Of a DNA stretch of 64,000 nt, positions 8,346 to 15,795 are shown piece after piece; position 1 is the stretch's first letter, and each line of letters starts with the position of its first letter. Both the position numbers and the translations under genes were made by a program. The notes under the pieces were generated by a model. It saw only the letters and a program-made list of their open reading frames with translations, was not told the origin of the DNA and ran no database searches. Source of the stretch: an uncultured bacterium (GTDB taxonomy: Bacteria > Desulfobacterota > Syntrophorhabdia > Syntrophorhabdales > JANXAF01); NCBI GenBank assembly GCA_938084905.1, contig CALKEQ010000002.1, forward strand, positions 11,129 through 75,128, given 5' to 3'.

Positions 8346-9908
8346 TTGTACAATTTCTTGAATTTCATCGAGGATGAGGCATTCGTTATAAACGATTCTT
8401 ATAACATCACCTTCGCCAATGAGCCCCTGCTCAAGAGGATCCTCTCGGGAGAAGGTAGATGCTTTGAAAGAATAGAGGGAAGGGATTCTCCATGCGGTTT
8501 TCCTCTCTGGGAATGCCCTCTAAACAGGGTTATTCGGGAAAAAAGGTCATTTTCCCTTGTCCACCCCTATCCTTCAAACAACCGACCTGATCCCGTCTAC
8601 GTTAAGGTCTCAATACATCCCATCTCGGAGAATCAGTTTCTAGAAATAAGAAGGGACGTAAGTGCGGAAAGGAAACTGGAGAAACAGGTAATTCTCCATC
8701 ATAACCACCTTGATGCCATAAGCAAAATATCGTCAGCTGTAAGCGGGCTCAAGGATTTAAAAAAGGTATTGGAGATAGCAATTAACACGGTACTCGATAT
8801 ATTCACAGGATCAATAGGCGGAATCATGCTTCTCGATGAAAAGACAAAGGAGCTAAAATACGAGGTTTTAAGAGGTTTGTCGCTTGATGCTTTGGAGGGT
8901 AAAGGTGTGAAGATGGGGGAAGGGATCTCCGGAAAGGTTGCAATGGAAGGGAAACCTCTTCTTATCCCAGATCTGAAAAAAGACGAATTTCCCGGATCTA
9001 CGGTCTACGTTAAGGAGGGGATAAGGTCTCTTATAAGTGTACCTCTGAAAGCAAAGGAGAAAGTACTTGGGGTCTTAAACATAATGAGTAACATTCCAGG
9101 TAGGTTCAATAGGGAGGACATGTACCTTCTGTCTTCAGTTGGTCACCAGCTAGGTGTGGCTATGGAGCAGGCTACTCTTTACGAGAGACTAACAGCTGCA
9201 AGGGAAAGGTACAGAAAACTCCTTCAAGTAGCATTGGCAATTCAGGAAGAGGAAAGGAAAAGAATAGCAAGGGAGCTCCACGACGAGACGAGTCAAAATT
9301 TGACTGCAATTTCTCTTAACCTTCAGGCCATAAAGGAAATGATGGAGGACGAGGGTCTTACACAAGAGGTAAAGGAGCTCATCAGAAAATCCCACTCAAT
9401 AGCAGTTAGCGCAAGTGGAGAACTAACGAGAATAATAAGGGAGTTAAGACCTACCCTACTCGATACCCTCGGACTTCCTGCTGCTATAAATCACCTTGTC
9501 GAGTCTAATTTAAGATCGAGGAACATCGAGGCAGAAGTGCATTTTTCAGACCTTGGAGAAAGGCTTGCGCCCGAAATCGAGCTTGCCCTTTTTAGAATAA
9601 CGCAGGAGGCTCTCAGTAATATCGTGAGACACTCAAAGGCAAAAAGGGCAAGAATAACCTTTAGTTATGATGAGAAGGAGTACAGACTGAGGATAGAAGA
9701 CGATGGTATAGGTTTTAATGTGCAAGAGATTAAGACAATAGAGGAGGGCGGAAGGGGGGCTGGTTTATTCGGGATGAAGGAAAGGGTTAGGCTTGTTGGC
9801 GGACGGTGCCACATAGATTCAGGACCTGGAATGGGAACTCGAATAAACGTATACGTTCCAAGGGCTAAAATGGAAAGTGATGAGGAAGATAAGGGTACTA
9901 GTGGTTGA
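8346..9908 (+). CDS. sensor histidine kinase: Cys-containing PAS-like N-domain, GAF, HisKA_3, HATPase
   Basis: 520 aa with TTG start. GAF region (GGIMLLDEKTKEL...GEGISGKVAMEGKPLLIPDL...LISVPLKAKEKVLGVLNIMS). H-box RIARELHDETSQNL. ATPase boxes (NIVRHSKA, DDGIGF, GGRGAGLFGMKERV). Confidence 0.85.
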   Translation: MYNFLNFIEDEAFVINDSYNITFANEPLLKRILSGEGRCFERIEGRDSPCGFPLWECPLNRVIREKRSFSLVHPYPSNNRPDPVYVKVSIHPISENQFLEIRRDVSAERKLEKQVILHHNHLDAISKISSAVSGLKDLKKVLEIAINTVLDIFTGSIGGIMLLDEKTKELKYEVLRGLSLDALEGKGVKMGEGISGKVAMEGKPLLIPDLKKDEFPGSTVYVKEGIRSLISVPLKAKEKVLGVLNIMSNIPGRFNREDMYLLSSVGHQLGVAMEQATLYERLTAARERYRKLLQVALAIQEEERKRIARELHDETSQNLTAISLNLQAIKEMMEDEGLTQEVKELIRKSHSIAVSASGELTRIIRELRPTLLDTLGLPAAINHLVESNLRSRNIEAEVHFSDLGERLAPEIELALFRITQEALSNIVRHSKAKRARITFSYDEKEYRLRIEDDGIGFNVQEIKTIEEGGRGAGLFGMKERVRLVGGRCHIDSGPGMGTRINVYVPRAKMESDEEDKGTSG

Positions 9909-10524
9909 TGACCACACGATCGTTAGGGATGGTATAAAAACTCTTCTTGCCTTAAGCTCGGATATTGAGGTTGTTGGGGAGGCTGAGAACGGTCTTGAAG
10001 CCCAAAGAAAAGTAGGTGAGCTTAAGCCCAATGTGGTCCTTATGGACATATCTATGCCTGGAATAGATGGGATTGAGGCGGCGCGAGCAATAACATCCAA
10101 ATTCAAAGATGTAAAGGTGATAATGCTCACTCAGTACGAAGGAAAGGAAGATGTTCTGGAGGCGATAAAGGCGGGAGCAAAGGGTTTTATAAGTAAGAAG
10201 GCAGCCTCCACAGAACTTGTCCAGGCAGTAAGGGCAGTATCATCAGGAGGTGCGTACTTCTCTCCAGGTGTTGCAAAGATCTTGATGGATGAATGTATGG
10301 ATCTTATTAAAGAGAAGGCGCCCCATGAGATCCTCACACCGCGAGAGATAGAAATCTTAAAGCTCATAGGGGAGGGTTACTCTGACAAAGAAATAGCTCA
10401 GATCCTTTTTCTCTCTCCAAGAACAGTTGAGACGCATAAGGCTAAAATAATGGAAAAGCTCCACCTGAGAAAAAAGGTGGAGCTTATAAAATACGCTATA
10501 AAGAAGGGGATCGTTAAGCTCTAA
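9877..10524 (+). CDS. NarL/LuxR-family response regulator (REC + HTH)
   Basis: 215 aa. REC with PNVVLMDISMPGIDG. C-terminal LTPREIEILKLIGEGYSDKEIAQILFLSPRTVETHKAKIMEKL. Overlaps the kinase 3' end. Start is GTG 9877 or ATG 9880. Confidence 0.9.
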   Translation: MMRKIRVLVVDDHTIVRDGIKTLLALSSDIEVVGEAENGLEAQRKVGELKPNVVLMDISMPGIDGIEAARAITSKFKDVKVIMLTQYEGKEDVLEAIKAGAKGFISKKAASTELVQAVRAVSSGGAYFSPGVAKILMDECMDLIKEKAPHEILTPREIEILKLIGEGYSDKEIAQILFLSPRTVETHKAKIMEKLHLRKKVELIKYAIKKGIVKL

Positions 10525-11444
10525 AATTTAGGTCTTGGATAAAGACCTGCAGCCTGGACGATCTCGGGTACAGTCTCCTCCCACTCAATTGCCATTATGT
10601 GGACACCAGAAACCCCTTTTATCTCTTTGAGCTGATTTATTATATCGACACATATTCTTATCCCCTCTTTAGGTACCTGATCCTTAGGAACACCCTGAAG
10701 TCTCGTTATGATCTCGTCTGGAACATCCATCCCTGGGATCTTCGTTTTCATGTATTTTGCAGCACCCACAGACTTTATAGGCGCCACACCTGCAAGTATT
10801 TTTACCCTCTCATGGAGCCCGAGATCCCTTATTCTTCCCATCCACTCCTTAAACTTCTCAACGTTATAGACTATCTGGGTCTGTATAAAGTCTGCACCAG
10901 CTTCTATTTTTTTCTTCAGTCTTAAGACCCTGAATTCAAAAGGGTCAGCAAATGGGTTCTCAGCTGCTCCTATGAAAAGTCTCGGTTCGTAAGAGATTGG
11001 CTCTCCATTTTGAAATTTTCTCTCGTCCCTCATGTCCTTAACGATTTTTATCAGCTGGACAGAATCCACATCATAGACACCCTTTGCCTGAGGATGGTTT
11101 CCAAACTTCTGGTGATCACCTGTCAAGCAAAGAACGTTGTTTATACCAAGGGCCGCAATACCTAGTATATCCATTTGAAGAGCTATCCTGTTCCTGTCGC
11201 GACACGTCATTTGAACAATTGGATCTATCCCGTACTCCTTTCCAATCAGGCACGCAGCCCAGCTCGCCATTCTCACAACTGCCGTCTGACCGTCTGTTAC
11301 GTTGAAGGCATCAACGTATCCTGAAAGAACTTTTGCCTTCTTCCTTATAACTTCAGGATCTGCGCTCTGGGGAGGTCCAATCTCTGCAGTAACGGCAAAA
11401 TTCCCTCCCTCCAATACTCTTTCGAGATTACTTCTCGTTTTCAT
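10521..11444 (-). CDS. metF: 5,10-methylenetetrahydrofolate reductase MetF (copy 2)
   Basis: 307 aa. VTAEIGPPQS, AFNVTDGQ, QMTCRDRNRIALQMDI, NVLCLTGD. By eye roughly half the residues are identical to copy 1. Its stop codon overlaps the stop of the convergent regulator gene. Confidence 0.9.
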   Translation of the reverse strand: MKTRSNLERVLEGGNFAVTAEIGPPQSADPEVIRKKAKVLSGYVDAFNVTDGQTAVVRMASWAACLIGKEYGIDPIVQMTCRDRNRIALQMDILGIAALGINNVLCLTGDHQKFGNHPQAKGVYDVDSVQLIKIVKDMRDERKFQNGEPISYEPRLFIGAAENPFADPFEFRVLRLKKKIEAGADFIQTQIVYNVEKFKEWMGRIRDLGLHERVKILAGVAPIKSVGAAKYMKTKIPGMDVPDEIITRLQGVPKDQVPKEGIRICVDIINQLKEIKGVSGVHIMAIEWEETVPEIVQAAGLYPRPKF

Positions 11445-11454
11445 CTCCTACCTC

Positions 11455-12102
11455 CTAGAACCTTTTTACTGGTGGACCCGCAACAAGACTCACACTCCAG
11501 TCCTTTGGAGGAACGATCTTCTCCATTTTCTCGAGCCTTCCCAACTCCTTGAGCCTCTCGTAGATTAGGTGCCAGACACATGGGATTTCAGGGTCTACCT
11601 CACACTTTTTTCCCTGGGAGCCACCGCAAGGACCATTTAAGAGATGTTTTGAGCACCTAGATATGGGGCAGAGTCCTCCTGTGTATTCGAGGACGCAATT
11701 CCCACACTCCATACATCTTTCTGCTCCCTTCCATTCCGCATGGCCCCCTCCTGAGGAGACGGTATTACAACCTGGATGAACCATCTTTTTTACTAGCTCG
11801 GAGACAACCTGGACTCCGGCGCCGTCTGTGAATACAAGGATAGAGTCAGCCTCATCTATCTTTTTCTTGTAGTTTTTCAGCTTTAAGGCGGCAAGGGCTT
11901 TGTCGCAGAGCATGTCCACAAGAGCATACCCGGTCACAATTTTTCCACTTTCCTCAAGCCTTCTCTTCATTTCGATTATCTCTTTTTCCCCTCCACTCTC
12001 CCATCCTTCCGCACATCCCCTACATCCGACGAGAAAAACTTTACTCTCTCCATTAAGATAGCCCATTATCTCTTCAAAGGGTTTCTGTTTTGAGATAAGC
12101 AT
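11455..12102 (-). CDS. metV: methylene-THF reductase FeS subunit MetV (copy 2)
   Basis: 215 aa. GCRGCAEG, CMECGNCVLEYTGGLCPISRCSKHLLNGPCGG, CEVDPEIPCVW. Lies 12 nt after the hydrogenase large subunit and 10 nt before metF2. Both gaps contain GGAGG-type SDs. Confidence 0.85.
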   Translation of the reverse strand: MLISKQKPFEEIMGYLNGESKVFLVGCRGCAEGWESGGEKEIIEMKRRLEESGKIVTGYALVDMLCDKALAALKLKNYKKKIDEADSILVFTDGAGVQVVSELVKKMVHPGCNTVSSGGGHAEWKGAERCMECGNCVLEYTGGLCPISRCSKHLLNGPCGGSQGKKCEVDPEIPCVWHLIYERLKELGRLEKMEKIVPPKDWSVSLVAGPPVKRF

Positions 12103-12114
12103 CCCTTTCCTCCT

Positions 12115-13674
12115 TTATATAATACGAAAGACCTTTCCTTCCTTTCCGCGTGCATCTATTATGTGGATCGAACAGGCAAGGCAAGGGTCAAAGGATCTGA
12201 TCACTCTAACAATCTCAAATGGATTTTTCTCGTCTTTAACCTTCACTCCAATTAGTGCCTGTTCCATAGGACCTGGCTGGTCTTTATCGTCCTTTGGAGA
12301 AATATTCCATGTTGATGGGCTGATTACCTGGTAGTTCTCGATCTTCTTCTCTTTTATCTTTATCGCATGGCACAGCGCACCTCTAGCAGCCTCAACGAGT
12401 CCTATTCCTTCTGACTCATTAGGGATCTCGTAGGGAATGTAACTCGGTTCTCCGATCTTAAGGCTCAAGACCCATTCCTCCATTGCCTCTGCTAGAAGCT
12501 TAGTTTCTAAAGCCCTTGCAAGATGCCTTCCCATTGTGGAGAACATGTCTTGAGGCTTTAAGCCTACTTCGGATAATGCCCCATCTATAAGTTCTTTTAC
12601 CTTTTCATTCCCGTCTGCGTAATTGACCATCATCCTCGCAAGTGGACCAACCTCATAAACCATACCATCGTACCTTGGGGACTTGAGCCAGGAGTAAGCG
12701 AGAGACTTTTGAGCAACTGGAGCGGTAACCCCTTCCGTTGGATTTCTTCCGCTTGATGAGTCTTCGTAGAAAGAGTATTTCACATACTCGGCTATCTTTT
12801 GAGGATCAATCTCCTCATACTTGAGGCTTAAGGAAGTTCTACCCGCCTTGTGAAACCTCTTTCTTTTGATAAGATTTTTCTCTTTTCCATCAAGGTCGTA
12901 AGCTCCGTAAGAGAGAACCCTCCCGCATCCTTTACCGATCTGGAAGTAATCAGAATAAACCTTTGCGAGAGCAATAACATCCGGAATGTAAAAGTTCTCT
13001 ACGAAATCTCTGATTTCCCTTAATCTCCAAAGAAAATTTGAAATGCTGTCCACAGTTGGTACTGAGGCAACACCTCCTGGAAGCACACCCACATTATGAG
13101 GCATCTTCCCTCCGAAGATGGCCACCATCTCTTGCCCCTTCCTTCTCATGTGAAGGGCCTTTACATAGTGACTCACTAAAGCCTCGTTGATTTTGTCCGG
13201 AAGTCTGTAATCCCCTTCGTACCTCGGGACAAAAGGACCGAGCTCCCCCCTCTTTATGAAGTTCTTGATGGACAGAAGATCCTGATCATCTCCTTCGTAG
13301 TCCTTTATCCTTGTCACATCCACATAGTCTAGTGCACAGAGATGGTAAAAGTGGAGAATGTGGTCTGAAAGCTCTGCAGCACCAAGAATAAGATTCCTTA
13401 TGATTCTTCCATTATCTGGGATTTTGTCATCTATTCCAAAGGCACTATCCAGGTTCAATGCGGATGCCACTGCATGCGGAGCAGGACATACACCGCAGAC
13501 TCTCTGTGTGATTCTCTGGGCATCCCTAGGATCCCTTCCCTTCAGTATTATCTCCAAACCTCTAAAGAGCATACCAGAGCTTTTAGCATCGGTGACCACA
13601 CCATTTTCGATCTCCACTTCCACCTTTAGGTGGCCTTCTATCCTTGTAAGAGGATCTATTACTATCCTTCCCAT
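12115..13674 (-). CDS. [NiFe] hydrogenase large (catalytic) subunit
   Basis: 519 aa. N-terminal RIEGH and RVCGVCPAPH (RxCGxC). C-terminal DPCLACSIH followed by a 15-aa tail, the substrate of a maturation endopeptidase. Confidence 0.92.
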   Translation of the reverse strand: MGRIVIDPLTRIEGHLKVEVEIENGVVTDAKSSGMLFRGLEIILKGRDPRDAQRITQRVCGVCPAPHAVASALNLDSAFGIDDKIPDNGRIIRNLILGAAELSDHILHFYHLCALDYVDVTRIKDYEGDDQDLLSIKNFIKRGELGPFVPRYEGDYRLPDKINEALVSHYVKALHMRRKGQEMVAIFGGKMPHNVGVLPGGVASVPTVDSISNFLWRLREIRDFVENFYIPDVIALAKVYSDYFQIGKGCGRVLSYGAYDLDGKEKNLIKRKRFHKAGRTSLSLKYEEIDPQKIAEYVKYSFYEDSSSGRNPTEGVTAPVAQKSLAYSWLKSPRYDGMVYEVGPLARMMVNYADGNEKVKELIDGALSEVGLKPQDMFSTMGRHLARALETKLLAEAMEEWVLSLKIGEPSYIPYEIPNESEGIGLVEAARGALCHAIKIKEKKIENYQVISPSTWNISPKDDKDQPGPMEQALIGVKVKDEKNPFEIVRVIRSFDPCLACSIHIIDARGKEGKVFRII

Positions 13675-14538
13675 TTATACCTCCTTCGGAAATTGGGCTT
13701 CTTCTATTTTCACGTAAAGGGGTGAAACTTCGTCAAGGAAACCTTCTGAACAGCATCCTATACATGTGGATCCACATCCGACGCACCAGTTGACCTTGCC
13801 ATTCCAAAGTCTAATTGGACAATCGGCGTATGTTACTGGACCTCTACATCCAAGTTCGTAAAGGCAGCCAGGATCACCGAATTTCTTTGCAAATTTCTTT
13901 TCATCGTAATAGGCCCTTCTTGGGCAGTTTTCATGTATTGTCTGAGAAAAAAAGAGCTTTGGTCGACGAAGTTCATCAAGATCCTCCTCTTTCGGAAGTC
14001 CAAATAGCAAAACACTTGCGACTGTTCCAACGAACCAGTCAGGATGGGGAGGACATCCGGGGATATTTATATAAGGTGTTTTTATTCCGTATTCCTCAAG
14101 AACCTCCCCGACCGATTTGCAACCTGTTGGGTTGGGATTCCCCTTCGGTATACCTCCGAATGATGCACAGGACCCAAAAGCGATAACACAAAGGGCTGAA
14201 GAAGATAGATCCAAAATCCAGGAGAGCATAGTTATCGGTTTTTTGTCCCTTTCCCCAATAACCCCGTATATTCCATTATCCTTCGTGGGAATTGCCCCTT
14301 CGACGATCAAGACGTATCCCTTTTCCCTTTTAGTACTTGATAGAACCTCAAGGATTGCCTCTCCCTGTCCTGCCATTATGTTTGGATGGAATCTGAGATT
14401 CACATGTTTTTCTGGGACTACCTCGTCTATTAACAAATTTTTGATATTCGGGTAATCTGCGTTGAGGACCGAGATGGAGCAACCCGTGCAACCTGCAGCC
14501 TGGATCCATATTGCAGGAAGCTCAGTTACTTTTCCCAT
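13675..14538 (-). CDS. [NiFe] hydrogenase small subunit, no twin-arginine signal (cytoplasmic)
   Basis: 287 aa. Proximal-cluster Cys (AAGCTGCS, GSCASFGG, PGCPPHPDW). Medial/distal motifs (HENCPRR, GCLYELGCRGP, CPIRLWN, WCVGCGSTCIGC). The N-terminus MGKVTELPAIW has no RRxFxK. Confidence 0.92.
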   Translation of the reverse strand: MGKVTELPAIWIQAAGCTGCSISVLNADYPNIKNLLIDEVVPEKHVNLRFHPNIMAGQGEAILEVLSSTKREKGYVLIVEGAIPTKDNGIYGVIGERDKKPITMLSWILDLSSSALCVIAFGSCASFGGIPKGNPNPTGCKSVGEVLEEYGIKTPYINIPGCPPHPDWFVGTVASVLLFGLPKEEDLDELRRPKLFFSQTIHENCPRRAYYDEKKFAKKFGDPGCLYELGCRGPVTYADCPIRLWNGKVNWCVGCGSTCIGCCSEGFLDEVSPLYVKIEEAQFPKEV

Positions 14539-14582
14539 TTTTTCCTCCTTTAGACTGGTTGAATTACCTGGACGGCCGTCAA

Positions 14583-14612
14583 ATGTTATGCCACGTGGTG
14601 GTTTTTTGTCAA
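14583..14612 (-). promoter_or_regulatory. sigma70-like promoter of the hydS-hydL-metV-metF operon (TTGACA-N18-TAACAT)
   Basis: On the reverse strand, TTGACA lies at plus 14607..14612 and TAACAT at plus 14583..14588. The spacer contains the palindrome CCACGTGG (14591..14598). The palindrome GACGGCCGTC (14571..14580) lies in the predicted leader. SD AAGGAGG at 14544..14550. Confidence 0.4.
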
Positions 14613-14645
14613 GAAAAATGTAAAAAAAAGAACTATAATAGAAGA

Positions 14646-15740
14646 GTGGGAACTTGTATCCTTTGCGGAAAAACCGGGAAAGATATCTCCTCTTTCCTCC
14701 GTCTATGTAAAGCCTGTATCATCACAAAGGAAAATGAGTCTTATACCTTGATACAGATGGCCCACAGAGAATCGAGAAAGAGATTCGGCCTGCCTGAAGA
14801 ACCGCCAAAATCTGAAGGTGGTATTAAGTGCGCAATGTGTGTAAACGAATGTAGAATCGGTGAAAATGAGAGGGGATATTGTGGGTTAAGGGAAAGGATC
14901 GGAAATACCTTAAGTTACATGAAGGATTTTGCCAGTCTCCACTTTTACTACGATCCCCTTCCCACAAACTGCGTAGCGGACTGGGTCTGTGCTGGCGGAA
15001 CAGGAAGCGGATATCCTCAATTCTCCTACAGGAAGGGACCCGAATATGGATACAAAAATCTGGCAGTCTTCTTTCTAGCATGCTCTTTCAACTGTCTTTT
15101 CTGCCAGAATTGGCACTTTAGACTTGAAACAAAAAAAGGGATAAAATACACGAAAGAGGAACTTCTCCAAGCTATAGACGATAATACATCTTGCATCTGT
15201 TTTTTCGGTGGAGATCCTTCCTGTCAGCTTACGTACGCAATAGATTTTTCAAAACTTGCCCTTCAAAGGAAAAAAAACAAAATACTTAGGATCTGTTTCG
15301 AAACTAACGGCTCAATGGACCCTAATCTCCTCGATAGCGCCTTCCAAATTTCGCTTGAGAGTGGAGGTTGCATAAAGTTCGATTTAAAGGCCTACGATAG
15401 AAGAGTTCACGAGGCACTGACCGGATTCGGGAATGAAAGAACCCTCGATAACTTCCTTCGCGTTGCAAAAAAGTCGAAACTTCGACCAAACCCCCCTCCT
15501 GTTGTTGCAAGTACGCTAATTGTACCGGGATACGTGGAGGAGGATGAAGTGGCCTCTATAGCCAGGTTCATAGCTCAAATAAATCCCGATATTCCTTATG
15601 CGCTTCTGGCCTATTACCCTCACTTTCACATGAAGGACCTCCCCTTCGTGACAAGGGAAATGGCTAATAGATGCCTTGAGGCTGCAAAGAGGGAAGGTTT
15701 AAGAAAAGTAAGAGTTGGAAATGTCCATCTAATCGTTTAA
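14646..15740 (+). CDS. radical SAM enzyme, PflA-like (AmmeMemoRadiSam-type signature) with N-terminal CxxC...CxxC extension
   Basis: CSFNCLFCQNWHF (CxxxCxxC with the FCQNW signature) and the upstream KCAMCVNECRIGENERGYCGLRE cluster. The start is uncertain: GTG 14646 (6 nt after TATAAT 14634..14639) or ATG 14757. The track start, TTG 14511, would overlap the hydrogenase gene and its promoter. Confidence 0.75.
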   Translation: MGTCILCGKTGKDISSFLRLCKACIITKENESYTLIQMAHRESRKRFGLPEEPPKSEGGIKCAMCVNECRIGENERGYCGLRERIGNTLSYMKDFASLHFYYDPLPTNCVADWVCAGGTGSGYPQFSYRKGPEYGYKNLAVFFLACSFNCLFCQNWHFRLETKKGIKYTKEELLQAIDDNTSCICFFGGDPSCQLTYAIDFSKLALQRKKNKILRICFETNGSMDPNLLDSAFQISLESGGCIKFDLKAYDRRVHEALTGFGNERTLDNFLRVAKKSKLRPNPPPVVASTLIVPGYVEEDEVASIARFIAQINPDIPYALLAYYPHFHMKDLPFVTREMANRCLEAAKREGLRKVRVGNVHLIV

Positions 15741-15753
15741 CCTAATCTTTTCT

Positions 15754-15787
15754 TTGACAGTTGACTTAAAAGCCGATAGCCTATAAT
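15754..15787 (+). promoter_or_regulatory. sigma70-like promoter, apparently leaderless geometry
   Basis: TTGACA 15754..15759 and TTGACT 15761..15766, then perfect TATAAT 15782..15787. GTG start 15796 lies 8 nt after the -10 with no SD. Confidence 0.45.
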
Positions 15788-15795
15788 CTAATTCC

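Noticed and set aside
12115-13674. Possibility of a [NiFeSe] hydrogenase with in-frame selenocysteine.
   Set aside because: The C-terminal motif reads DPCLACSIH with ordinary Cys codons, and the ORF has no internal TGA.
14511-14645. N-terminal 45 codons of the radical SAM ORF as given in the track (TTG start at 14511).
   Set aside because: This extension would overlap the 5' end of the divergent hydrogenase small-subunit gene and lie on top of that operon's promoter and SD. Canonical family members start close to the CxxCxxxC...GYCGxR cluster.
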